The notes under the pieces are model-generated. The model was not told the origin of the DNA. It worked only from the letters and a program-made list of their open reading frames with translations, and searched no databases. DNA of 64,000 nt, taken from an uncultured bacterium. Lineage in GTDB: Bacteria > Krumholzibacteriota > Krumholzibacteriia > LZORAL124-64-63. Shown here one piece after another: positions 1 through 8,952 of this stretch. Location of the stretch: the NCBI GenBank assembly GCA_937864225.1, contig CALMJK010000002.1:67916-131915 (forward strand), read 5' to 3'. The translations under genes and the position numbers were made by a program. Every line of letters starts with the position of its first letter. Position 1 is the stretch's first letter.

Positions 1-818
1 CTGCCGTCCCTCGCGCCAGTCGATGGCGGCGATCACCATCGCGTCGGGATGCGGCAGCACCTGCACCGCCACGCCGCCCCGCGCCGCCCACGCGTCGAGC
101 CGGGAGCTCGCCAGCCCCCCGTACGTCAGGAAAGCGGGCACCAGCAGATCCCGGTCGTCGCGGGCGTACTCCGCGACGGCCAGCAGGACGACCTGCGGGC
201 CGAGTTCCCGCAACGCCCGGGCGCGCAGCGCGAAAGAGCCCCAGCTCTGGCGCTCGACGGCATCCTCGCCCTCTTCCCGGCGCAATCGAGACCCGCGCAG
301 GTCCGCGGCCAGATCGAGGAAGGCGCGGGGATTCAGATCCAGCCGCGCGCCCAGTCCCAGCGACAGTTCATTCATCTCCGCTCCCGCCCAGACGTAGCTC
401 GTCCCCACGTGCAGGCCGAGCGCGGCACGCCCCCACCGCCAGCCGGCCAGAACGTTGACACCATCCGGCCGCGCGGGATTGTTCGCCCGGTCGAGATCGT
501 CGAAGAGATACAGCCCCAGGCTGGCCGTCCCGTCGCGCCCGGCGGGGCTCCAGTGCACGCCGGCGCCGGCGCTGTCCTCGGCGCGCCAGGCGTACTCGCC
601 GTACTCCACGACGGCCATTTGCGGATAGGCGGGCAGGCAACCGTACCAGCGCAGCACGTTGGCCGTGTCGTCGAACCAGTCTCCGTCGCCGCCCAGGCTG
701 CGCACGCGGGTCTCGGTGGCCGTGGCCGTACCTGCCGCGGCCAGCGCGCACGCGAAGAGAGCGCAGACAGCCCATCGGGACACGTGCGGTCTGGGGCGAG
801 GCGCGCGCCAGGAACTCA
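1..818 (-). CDS. hypothetical secreted protein, partial (3' end runs off the window start)
   Basis: Minus-strand frame starting at an ATG near 818 with GGGAGG about 6 nt upstream. N-terminus MSSWRAPRPRPHVSRWAVCALFACALAAAGTATA looks like a signal peptide. The competing plus-strand ORF 49..843 is Arg/Pro-rich junk. Translation near the window edge looks degraded, so there may be a frameshift or a misread on my part. Confidence 0.35.
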
Positions 819-844
819 TCGCTGGACCTCCCAACCGGCCTGAC

Positions 845-2161
845 CTACAGGTGGCCTCTGTCGGTCAGACGATAATCCCCCAGGCCGTGGGCGTCGAGGA
901 ATGTGAACACGAGGTTGCGGTCGTGGTAGTACCAGATCTCCCAGCGCGCCTCCATGGAAAGATCGTCGCCGCGCTGCTCGATCCCGTCCGGAGCCCCGTA
1001 ACGGATCCAGATCCGGCCGCGGTCGGTGACGGCGCCGCGCCCGAAGCCTCCGAACCGCTCGTCCGCCTCCAGGACGCGCCGCAGATGGGCCGCCTCGAGC
1101 TGAGCCGCCGAACCGCCTTCTGCCGCCGCCGCTTCCTCCCAGAAGGCGCGCCAGGCCGCCTCCCTCCCCGCCGGCGGGACGCCCTTCAAATCGCGCCGCG
1201 CCTGCTCGGCCGGCAGGCCGTCGAGCCAGCCGAGGTGCTGCCGCCACTGGCCGTCGTCGCCGAAGCGCACGGTCAAGTTCACGAACGGGCGGGCGGGATC
1301 CAGGTCCAGACGCTGCGGGCGGGCCGTATCGCCGCTCTCGAGCCAGACCGCCAGCAGCAGCCGCCCGAAGTCCAGGTCCTGCGCCGGCCAGGCCAGATCG
1401 ACCGGCGGCACCTCGTCTCCCACGGCCACCGGCGCGAGCGGAAGGCGCAGCGCTTGGGCCAGTTGCTCTCGGTCCGCTTGCCGGCGCTCGGGCGCCGCCA
1501 GCGCCGCGAGCGTCACCCCGCCCGCCGGCCACTGCGCGACGTTGGGGCGCCGTCCGAGCTGGACCCGCGCCCGCAGCGTGTCGCGCCCGGCGCCCAGCGT
1601 GGGCGGTGTGCCGTCGTCCAGATTCCAGGCGAAGCCCGCGAAATAGACCGGCACCCGCAGGCCCTCTCCCACCTGCACGGTCAGGCGCTCGCGCCAGCGG
1701 CGCGACGTGTCGTCGACCAGCACGTCCACGTCCAGCTCGGCGCGCCCCTGTCCCGGCAGGCGCAGGGGCACGGCGCAGACCAGCTGCCCATCGCCGCGCG
1801 TGGCCGCGTGGTCCGGCACGACGACCTCCGCCGACGCCACGCCCCCGCCGATCCGCCGGCCGTCTCGGCGCGCCACGACCGTGACCCGCATGCCCGCCCG
1901 GAACTCGCCCGCCCGCCGCGTGAAGACCAGCGAGCGGTACGGCACCCCCACCTGCAGGAGACGCGACTCCGCGCCCGTAGAATCGATGCGTGTCGCCACC
2001 GTCAGCCGCAAGCCGCTCGGCGCGTCGGGCGCGCCGCGTGGTTGGGCCGCGCTCGGCGCGGGGCCCGCGAGCAGCAGACCCGCGCCCAGCGCCAGGACCG
2101 CCAGCCGAGGCCGCACCAAGCCGCCGGGCGCGAGAAAACGCGGGCGCCGTCGGGGAAGCAT
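845..2161 (-). CDS. GWxTD domain-containing protein
   Basis: 438 aa with an N-terminal signal-like segment (LAVLALGAGLLLAGPAPSAA). C-terminal motif AVTDRGRIWIRYGAPDGIEQ ... LDAHGLGDYRL matches the GWxTD domain pattern (TD-RG-[IV]-[WY]-I-x-x-G-x-P-D). Confidence 0.55.
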   Translation of the reverse strand: MLPRRRPRFLAPGGLVRPRLAVLALGAGLLLAGPAPSAAQPRGAPDAPSGLRLTVATRIDSTGAESRLLQVGVPYRSLVFTRRAGEFRAGMRVTVVARRDGRRIGGGVASAEVVVPDHAATRGDGQLVCAVPLRLPGQGRAELDVDVLVDDTSRRWRERLTVQVGEGLRVPVYFAGFAWNLDDGTPPTLGAGRDTLRARVQLGRRPNVAQWPAGGVTLAALAAPERRQADREQLAQALRLPLAPVAVGDEVPPVDLAWPAQDLDFGRLLLAVWLESGDTARPQRLDLDPARPFVNLTVRFGDDGQWRQHLGWLDGLPAEQARRDLKGVPPAGREAAWRAFWEEAAAAEGGSAAQLEAAHLRRVLEADERFGGFGRGAVTDRGRIWIRYGAPDGIEQRGDDLSMEARWEIWYYHDRNLVFTFLDAHGLGDYRLTDRGHL

Positions 2162-2174
2162 GCTCGTCCTTCGC

Positions 2175-2903
2175 TCAGGCCAACCGGGCGCCTGGGCGCC
2201 CCGGCTCGTTCACCTGGTCACTGGCGATCATGCCGTCGTGCAGCCGGATGATGCGATGCGTGTGGGCCGCGATGTCCGGCTCGTGGGTGACGATGATGAT
2301 CGTGTTGCCCGCCGCGTGCAACTGGTCGAGCAGACCCATGATCTCGAGGCTTGTGACGGAGTCGAGGTTCCCCGTCGGCTCGTCCGCGAGAAGCAGGGAC
2401 GGGTTGTTGACGAGCGCGCGGGCGATGGCGACGCGCTGGCGCTGGCCGCCGGACAGCTCATTGGGCTTATGGGTCGCGCGATCGCTCAGCCCGACCGCCT
2501 GCAGCGCCGCCCCCGTCCGCAGGCGACGCTGCGCCGCCGGCACGCCGGCGTAGACCAGCGGCAACTCCACGTTCTGGAAGGCGGTCGCGCGCGGCAACAG
2601 GTTGAACGTCTGGAACACGAATCCGATCTCTTGGTTGCGGATGCGCGCGAGCGCGTCGTCCGTCAACGTGCTCACTTCGACGCCGGCCAGCGTGTACGAC
2701 CCCGACGTCGCGGTGTCGAGACAGCCAACGAGGTTCATGAGGGTCGATTTGCCCGAACCGCTCGGCCCCATGATCGAGACGTATTCGCCGCGCTGGACCT
2801 CCAGGTCCACGCCGCGCACGGCCGGCACCTCGACCGTGCCCACGACGTAGGTCTTGCGCAGATCGCGGATCGCGATGAGGGTGTCGTGACCGCCGGAGGT
2901 CAC
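2175..2903 (-). CDS. ABC transporter ATP-binding protein (MacB/LolD/FtsE-type ATPase)
   Basis: Walker [10 protein letters not shown], signature [15 protein letters not shown], Walker [16 protein letters not shown] start overlaps the TolC stop (GTGA). No permease or membrane-fusion protein gene is adjacent. Confidence 0.85.
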   Translation of the reverse strand: MTSGGHDTLIAIRDLRKTYVVGTVEVPAVRGVDLEVQRGEYVSIMGPSGSGKSTLMNLVGCLDTATSGSYTLAGVEVSTLTDDALARIRNQEIGFVFQTFNLLPRATAFQNVELPLVYAGVPAAQRRLRTGAALQAVGLSDRATHKPNELSGGQRQRVAIARALVNNPSLLLADEPTGNLDSVTSLEIMGLLDQLHAAGNTIIIVTHEPDIAAHTHRIIRLHDGMIASDQVNEPGRPGARLA

Positions 2904-4351
2904 GAACCAGTTCCCACGAAACGAACGGTCCGGCCCACCGCGCGATCGAGCCTGGCGGCGTTGATCAGCCAGTCGCAGATCGCCTGCACCTCGTCGCTGC
3001 GCGCCCTCGCCAAGTTGACCTGCGCCGTGATGATGTCGAGCGTCGTGCCGGCTCCCACCCGGAAACGTTCCTGCGCCAAGCGCAGCTCCTCTTCGGTCTG
3101 TCCGATCGTCTCCTTGCTCAGGCTCGCCCGTTCGCGCGCCTCCAGCAGGCTGTTGTAGATGCTGCGGATCTCGAGCTGCGCGTCGAGCCGCGCCTGATCG
3201 AGCGCGTACTGCGCGACTCGCACGCCGGCCTTCGCGCGGGAACGCCCCGTCAGGCTCTGCAAACGATCGAACACGTTCCAGTTCAAGCGGTAGCCATAGC
3301 CCAGGTTGTCCGATTCCTGCGCGCCGAACCGGTACGGCGATTCGTTCTTGTAACGCGAGTAGCTAAGGAAGAGATCGAGGCTCGGCCAGAGATTCGAGCT
3401 GGCGGAGGTCACGTCGCCCTTGCTCGCCTCCACTTCCTGCTCGCGGCCGCGCAGGTCGAGACGGTTCGCCACCGCTTCCTGGTAGAGGGTCTCGAGCTGT
3501 TCGAGGCTGAAATCGGCGTTCTGGACCGAACGCTCGATTTCGAAGCGCTTGGCCAGCGGCTGGTTCATGGTGTGGGCGAGCACGGCGAAGGCCTGTTCGA
3601 CCGCGTTCTGCGCCCTGACCGCGTCCAGCTTGGTCTGCTCGTGCCGCACTCGCGCCTGCAGGACGTCGCTGCGCGCCGCGCTGCCGAGCTTGAAGTACAC
3701 GTCCATGCGCTCGAGCTCGCGCGCCGCCAGGTCGCGGCTCTCCGCGGCCACTTCCAGCAGGCGTTCCATGCGCAGCAGGTCAAAGTAGGCCGCGGCCACG
3801 CTCTCGACCAACTGGTGGCGGCTGTAGGACTCCGCGGCCTCCGCGGCCCGCAGCGTGGCGCGGGCCGACTTGAGGCCGCCGTAGTTGCGGAAACCGTCGA
3901 ACACGTTCAGGCTCGCCTGTCCGCTCCAGTCCTGATAGGTGGTGGTGATGCTCTCGTCGGCCACCTCGCCGGTGGCCGAAGACACCGGGAAGACCAGGAT
4001 CGGCCCTTCGAGCGACTGCACGCTGTAGAGGTCGGCGGCCGTCTGCGCGACGTCGAAGTCCGTGCGCTCGTTTTTGCTGTAGGTGCGGCTGAGGCTGACG
4101 TCGGGCAGGAAGGCGCCCCAGGCTCCCTTGACGCCTTGCGCGGCGCCCTCGCGCTGCGCGCCGACGCTGGCCAGCGTCGGACTGTTGCCGAGCGCGATGG
4201 CCACGCACTCCTGCAGGCTGAGGACCGGCGCTTCCTGGGCCGGCGACGCGGCGCCGGAATCCGCGCCCTGAGCGAAGGCTCCGGCCGCGACGGCGCAGAT
4301 ATGGCTCGCGACGGCCAGCGGAACGAACGAACGAAACAGCGTCTTCAACAT
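2900..4351 (-). CDS. TolC-family outer membrane efflux protein
   Basis: True start at internal ATG ([27 protein letters not shown], signal peptide), about 484 aa. Two coiled-coil/beta-barrel repeat halves typical of the OEP family. Confidence 0.8.
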   Translation of the reverse strand: MLKTLFRSFVPLAVASHICAVAAGAFAQGADSGAASPAQEAPVLSLQECVAIALGNSPTLASVGAQREGAAQGVKGAWGAFLPDVSLSRTYSKNERTDFDVAQTAADLYSVQSLEGPILVFPVSSATGEVADESITTTYQDWSGQASLNVFDGFRNYGGLKSARATLRAAEAAESYSRHQLVESVAAAYFDLLRMERLLEVAAESRDLAARELERMDVYFKLGSAARSDVLQARVRHEQTKLDAVRAQNAVEQAFAVLAHTMNQPLAKRFEIERSVQNADFSLEQLETLYQEAVANRLDLRGREQEVEASKGDVTSASSNLWPSLDLFLSYSRYKNESPYRFGAQESDNLGYGYRLNWNVFDRLQSLTGRSRAKAGVRVAQYALDQARLDAQLEIRSIYNSLLEARERASLSKETIGQTEEELRLAQERFRVGAGTTLDIITAQVNLARARSDEVQAICDWLINAARLDRAVGRTVRFVGTGS

Positions 4352-4557
4352 GGAACGAGCCCTCCCGGACGGAGAACGCGACGGGCCGCCGCGCGGTGCC
4401 TCGGCGGCCGGATCAGATACTAAACGCGGGCGGCCCCCTCTTCCAGCGCCAATCGGCATCCGCGCGCCGCCCGACCGCCCAAGCCAACCCCTACGCAAAC
4501 AAGCGGGCGGGGTTGCAACCCCGCCCGCATCGCAGTCCTTGGGCCACGCCACCCGGC

Positions 4558-5205
4558 CTAGTGCAGCCTGAAGCGGAAGGGAATGGCCATCCAGACCTTC
4601 ACCGGAATGTTGCGCTGCTTGCCGGGCTCGAACTTGCACTTCATGGCTGCCTCGCGCGCCGAGGCGTCGAGCAAGGGATGCACGCCTTGCAGGACCACCG
4701 CCTGCATGACGCTGCCGTCCGGGCCCACGAGCACCTTCACAATCACCGTGCCCTCGAGCTGCGACGCGCGCGCCATCTCCGGATAGTCGGGCGGCACGAA
4801 TTTGACCATCTTCGGCTTTTCCTGCGACGCGACGAACACATCGCCGCCGTCGCCGGCGCCCATGTCGCCGCTCGTCATCGGGATGTCCTCGAAATCCTCG
4901 AAAAGGCTCTCGGCGATGTCGACCTCGTCGCTCACCTCGTCGTCCGGCGCGGCCTCGATCGGCGCCTGCGGCCGGGGGACGTCCTCGGGCGGCGGCGGCA
5001 GCTCGATGGCGTCTGGCATGTCCACGATCTCGAAGGTCGAGGTGCGCAGGCGGTAAGGATTCGGGATGTATTTCGGCGAGAAGAGGAACAGCAGCAGGAT
5101 GATGAGCATGGCCACGTACGCGCCGCGGCGCAGGTACCGGTTGTACCCCGCCTTGAACTCGTCGTTGGCCGACATCCTGATCTGCGCCAGCTGCTCGGTG
5201 GTCAT
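4558..5205 (-). CDS. tonB: TonB-family energy transducer (TonB C-terminal domain)
   Basis: Start at internal Met (MTTEQLAQIRM). Single N-terminal TM (YVAMLIILLLFLF), Pro/Glu-rich linker, C-terminal KFVPPDYPEMARASQLEGTVIVKVLVGPDGSV. Confidence 0.75.
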   Translation of the reverse strand: MTTEQLAQIRMSANDEFKAGYNRYLRRGAYVAMLIILLLFLFSPKYIPNPYRLRTSTFEIVDMPDAIELPPPPEDVPRPQAPIEAAPDDEVSDEVDIAESLFEDFEDIPMTSGDMGAGDGGDVFVASQEKPKMVKFVPPDYPEMARASQLEGTVIVKVLVGPDGSVMQAVVLQGVHPLLDASAREAAMKCKFEPGKQRNIPVKVWMAIPFRFRLH

Positions 5206-5218
5206 GCCCGCTCCTCGC

Positions 5219-5650
5219 CTAGAACTTGCGCCCGGGGGCGGCATCCGGCTTGGCGTTGAACGACACGCGCAACGCGTTGACGTCCTTGAGCTCCTCCATG
5301 ACGTCGGAGACCACCTTGTACGGCGTGGCGTTGTCCGCCTTGAAAGCCACCACCAGCGAGGGATTGCCCTGGAGCTTCTGGGCGATGAGGTTGGACACGT
5401 TGGTGTCCTGCACGAGCATGTCGTCGATGGAGATCTGGCCCCTGCGATTGATGAAGATGTTCGTCACCATCTCCTGCTTGATCTTCTCCGCCGCCTCGGC
5501 GCGGGGCAGCTCCACCACAAGCCCCGTCTCCTTGCGGAAGATGGTGGTCACCATGAAGAAGATCAGCAGCAGGAACGCGATGTCGCCGGTCGAGGCCGTC
5601 GAGATCTCCGACGTGGCCGCGCTCTTCCGCCTGAATTTCTTTGCACGCAT
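5219..5650 (-). CDS. exbD: biopolymer transport protein ExbD/TolR
   Basis: 143 aa. N-terminal ISTASTGDIAFLLLIFFMVTTIF ExbD signature. Confidence 0.85.
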   Translation of the reverse strand: MRAKKFRRKSAATSEISTASTGDIAFLLLIFFMVTTIFRKETGLVVELPRAEAAEKIKQEMVTNIFINRRGQISIDDMLVQDTNVSNLIAQKLQGNPSLVVAFKADNATPYKVVSDVMEELKDVNALRVSFNAKPDAAPGRKF

Positions 5651-5659
5651 GCTCTCGCC

Positions 5660-6073
5660 TCAAACCTTCGACGTCTTCAGCGAAACGCGCCTGGCCTCCG
5701 CGAGCTTCAGCTCGTCGAGGCAGGCGACCATCTTGCCGTAGTCGGCGTCCGGATGCGTTTCGAGGACGACGACCAGCTTCGGGTTGGCCTGCAGGCTGCG
5801 TTCGATGTTGCTCTTGATCGCGTTGATCTCGATCGGCTTCTTGTCGAGCGTGATGTGGTTGTCCGCGTGCACCTTCAGCGTCATGACGTTGCTCTGCTTG
5901 ACCCTGACCGCCTGCACGGCGCTGTCCTTGGCCGGCAGCAGCAGCGGCAGGCCGAAATCCTCGGCGAAGGCCGTGGACACGATGAAAAAGATCAGCAGCA
6001 GGAAGGCCACGTCGCCGGTCGACGCGAGATTGATCGCCCCGATCGGAGGCTTGCGCTTGATTTTCATGACCAT
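5660..6073 (-). CDS. exbD: biopolymer transport protein ExbD/TolR (second paralog)
   Basis: 137 aa. INLASTGDVAFLLLIFFIVSTAF. Tandem to the first exbD. Confidence 0.85.
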   Translation of the reverse strand: MVMKIKRKPPIGAINLASTGDVAFLLLIFFIVSTAFAEDFGLPLLLPAKDSAVQAVRVKQSNVMTLKVHADNHITLDKKPIEINAIKSNIERSLQANPKLVVVLETHPDADYGKMVACLDELKLAEARRVSLKTSKV

Positions 6074-6124
6074 GGCTTCGGGCCTCCCGGATCCGGTGCA
6101 GTCGGGCAGTTCGCCCCCGTCCCG

Positions 6125-6997
6125 CTACTTGCCGGCTCCCATGCGCTGGATGGCCTCGATCAGCTCGCCGGCGCTCTCCTCCATCTCGGTGACGAAGCGG
6201 TCGTTCACGTTGACGAAGTAGTTGTAGGCCGCCGCCACGGGGATGGCGATCATCAGACCGGCGGCGGTCGTGATCAGCGCCTCGGAGATGCCGCTCGCCA
6301 CGAGCTTGGCGTTGACCTGCTCGGCCGCCGCGATCGCCTCGAAGGCGTGGATCATGCCCGACACCGTGCCGAGGAAGCCGATCAGCGGCGCGATGTTGAT
6401 CACCGTCGTGAGCCAGTTCATGCCGCGCTCGAGAAAGGCCATTTCCAGGGCGCCCGCCGAGCCGCAGGCCTTCTCGACCGCCTCCGGCCCATGGTCGGCC
6501 TTCTGCAAGCCGGCGTAGAGGATGGCCGCGATCGGGCCGCGCGTACGCTGACACTCGAGGGAGGCCGCCTGCACGCCCTCCGTGCGCAGCGTGGTGATCA
6601 CGCTGCCGATGAGCTTGCGGGCGTCGGTCTTGGCGCGGTTCAGCGTCCAGGCCCGCTCGATGGTGAAGGCCAGACCGATGAGCGCCGACAAGAGCAGCCA
6701 GTGCATGAACACCCCGCCGCGCACGTACAGGTCACCCACGCCGGTCTTGCCGAGCGGACTGTTGGCGACGAGCCCCAGGAGGCCGCCCATCTTCTGCTGG
6801 ACGACCGGGATCTCGTCGGTGGAATCGGACGCGGTGCTGCCGAAGGCAAGCGAGTCGTTCGTGGCCATGATGCCTTCGATGTTCGGGCCGGCCTGGCCCG
6901 GCTCTTGGGCGACCGCGGGAACGGCCAGCAGCAGCGCCGCGCAGGCCATGCCGACCAGCGCGATCAGGGCGCGGTGGAGCGTACCGAGACGAGCCAT
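6125..6997 (-). CDS. exbB: MotA/TolQ/ExbB proton-channel protein with N-terminal signal peptide and periplasmic extension
   Basis: Start at internal ATG (MARLGTLHRALIALVGMACAALLLAVPAVA) preceded by GGGAGA. C-terminal TM core LIGFLGTVSGMIHAF...AIPVAAAYNYF typical of ExbB. Confidence 0.85.
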   Translation of the reverse strand: MARLGTLHRALIALVGMACAALLLAVPAVAQEPGQAGPNIEGIMATNDSLAFGSTASDSTDEIPVVQQKMGGLLGLVANSPLGKTGVGDLYVRGGVFMHWLLLSALIGLAFTIERAWTLNRAKTDARKLIGSVITTLRTEGVQAASLECQRTRGPIAAILYAGLQKADHGPEAVEKACGSAGALEMAFLERGMNWLTTVINIAPLIGFLGTVSGMIHAFEAIAAAEQVNAKLVASGISEALITTAAGLMIAIPVAAAYNYFVNVNDRFVTEMEESAGELIEAIQRMGAGK

Positions 6998-7244
6998 GGT
7001 GCCAGATCTCCCTTTCCAGAAATGGAGCCCGCGTGAGGATCGCACCCGAAGGGCGGAGGGTGACAGGTGGGAGCCACCCCGATCGGGCCGCAAACCCGGC
7101 AGCCAAGCCGGACACGACCCGCCCGTCGGCAGAAGCGCCGCGACCCACGGACCAGTTGCGGACGCGTTGTTAATGTGTGTCACCGCCGCAGCCAAGTCAA
7201 ACGATTTCTGGCCACGGACGGGCTCCGGACACGGGCTGCCCGGC

Positions 7245-8912
7245 TCAACCGCCGGGCTTGAGGACGCTCGTCGAATCCAGCATCCAGACCCCCACGCCGA
7301 AGCGGTCCACCAGCAAAAACCGCATCCCGAGACCCTGGCCGCTGTACCGGTTGGGAAAGAGCTGGCGTCCGGCATGGTTGTACTCCCACAGTTCGAAGCC
7401 CTGCTTGAAGGAGAGTTCCCCCTTCTTGCTCAGGATCGCGCGTCTCGTCTGGGTATTGACCACGAGCGGAATGCCAGGCTTGCCCTTGATCTGCGTCCCG
7501 TGGCGTTCGAGCGCGAAACGGTCGTAGACCTGCGCCAGGGCGTCCTCGCGCGCCCGTTCGTTGAGCGGCAGCACATCGCGCGAGATCTCGTCGGGCGGGC
7601 CAAGCAGGAGGTAGAGTTCGGCGCGAGCGTCCAGGGGACCGCGCGCTTTGATGCCCCCGAGATGTTCCCTCACGTACGAAACGCGGCACCGGAATTCCTG
7701 GTAGGCCTCGTTGACCGGGGTGGCCGGATCCGGGTCGTGTTCGCTCCAGAAGCTTTCCAGGAGGGCCTCCCGCTGGGCCTGGCCGGCCGCCTCGAATTCC
7801 TCGCGTTGATCGTCCGCCAGCACCACGCGCCCTTCCCACAGCAGTTCGTCCGCGAACCGGTTCAGTGATTCCAGGCGCCAGACGACGTCGAATTCGGCCA
7901 GCCAGCCGCGACCCCTGCCGTCGCCGGGCGCCACGCTCAGCTGGTAGACCCCGGGGGGCAGATCGGCGACGTCCAGGTCGTAGAACACGGCGGTGGCGCC
8001 GCCGGCGCTCAGGCGCGCCCCCTGGGTCTGCGTCAGCGGGATCGTGTCGCGCAGCGCGAAATCGAGATCCTTGGCCAGCACCTGAACCAGCAGCTCCGCC
8101 GGCGCGGCGTCGAGCGCCCCGGGCGCGGCCTCGACCTCGAAGTAGACCTGCAGGCGGTCCTGTTCCAACCCGTAGCGCCTTCCCGGGTGCAGATACGAAC
8201 TCAGCGCGGATTGCTCCACCTTTTCGTCGTCGAGACCTTCGTCGCTCCAGGCGCGGATCGGCGCCCGGGCCAGGAACACCGGCGCCTGCAAGGTCAACCC
8301 GGCAGGGGCCAAGAGAGGTTCGGGCGCGGCCCAGTCGGCCGCCGCCTCGCTGCGCGCCCAGAGCTGCTGGCCGGCCGGCGGCCGCTTGCCCGGGCGGGCC
8401 CGCAGCCGGTCCTCGATCGACACCGTCAGGCGCCCGCGATCGGCGCCGATGCCCCGCAGGACCAGGGGAAAATTCTGGTAGCTGGTCGCCGAAGCGGCCT
8501 GCTCCCGATCCGCGCAGCGGATGGCGATCGCGGTGGCCAACCGCGCCCCGCCGCCGCCTTCGGCGGTCAGCTCGGCCATCACGTGCAGCTGCCCCGTCAG
8601 CTCTCCCTCACCCTGCTCGAAGGTCAAATCGCGGTTCGCCGCGCAGATGAGCAGGACGAGGCTCCAGGTCCCGTCCGCCTCGCGCCGGTCGAGCACGTCG
8701 ATCGTCGTGAGGAAATTGCCCGTGCCTTCGAGCGGCCGCAGCGCGGCCATCGCCGCCCCCGCGGCGGGCAACACGGCGATCAGCACTGCTGCGACCGCGC
8801 CCCGCCGGGCCCAAACAGATGATCGAAGTTCCACGTCGGCTCCTCGGATCAGGCGCCTGCGCGGCGGGGGAGGGCGCGCCGGCCGCCTGCTTGGAAAAGA
8901 TGGTAAGGACAC
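7245..8912 (-). CDS. GWxTD-like domain protein (paralog of 845..2161)
   Basis: 555 aa with a signal-like N-terminus. C-terminal LDARAELYLLLGPPDEISRD ... LLVDRFGVGVWMLD resembles the GWxTD core. Exact start uncertain. Confidence 0.45.
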   Translation of the reverse strand: MSLPSFPSRRPARPPPPRRRLIRGADVELRSSVWARRGAVAAVLIAVLPAAGAAMAALRPLEGTGNFLTTIDVLDRREADGTWSLVLLICAANRDLTFEQGEGELTGQLHVMAELTAEGGGGARLATAIAIRCADREQAASATSYQNFPLVLRGIGADRGRLTVSIEDRLRARPGKRPPAGQQLWARSEAAADWAAPEPLLAPAGLTLQAPVFLARAPIRAWSDEGLDDEKVEQSALSSYLHPGRRYGLEQDRLQVYFEVEAAPGALDAAPAELLVQVLAKDLDFALRDTIPLTQTQGARLSAGGATAVFYDLDVADLPPGVYQLSVAPGDGRGRGWLAEFDVVWRLESLNRFADELLWEGRVVLADDQREEFEAAGQAQREALLESFWSEHDPDPATPVNEAYQEFRCRVSYVREHLGGIKARGPLDARAELYLLLGPPDEISRDVLPLNERAREDALAQVYDRFALERHGTQIKGKPGIPLVVNTQTRRAILSKKGELSFKQGFELWEYNHAGRQLFPNRYSGQGLGMRFLLVDRFGVGVWMLDSTSVLKPGG

Positions 8913-8952
8913 TCGCGCTCGCGCGCAATCTGGAAGCCGATCCCCGTCCCTC

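Noticed and set aside
49-843. Plus-strand ORFs at the window start (23..397, 49..843, 659..2251)
   Set aside because: Compositionally junk (runs of R/P/A/G). The opposite strand carries a signal-peptide-bearing frame and the GWxTD gene.
5066-7036. 656-aa plus ORF and 450-aa minus ORF across the exbB-exbD region
   Set aside because: Overlap well-supported ExbB/ExbD frames. Low-complexity translations.
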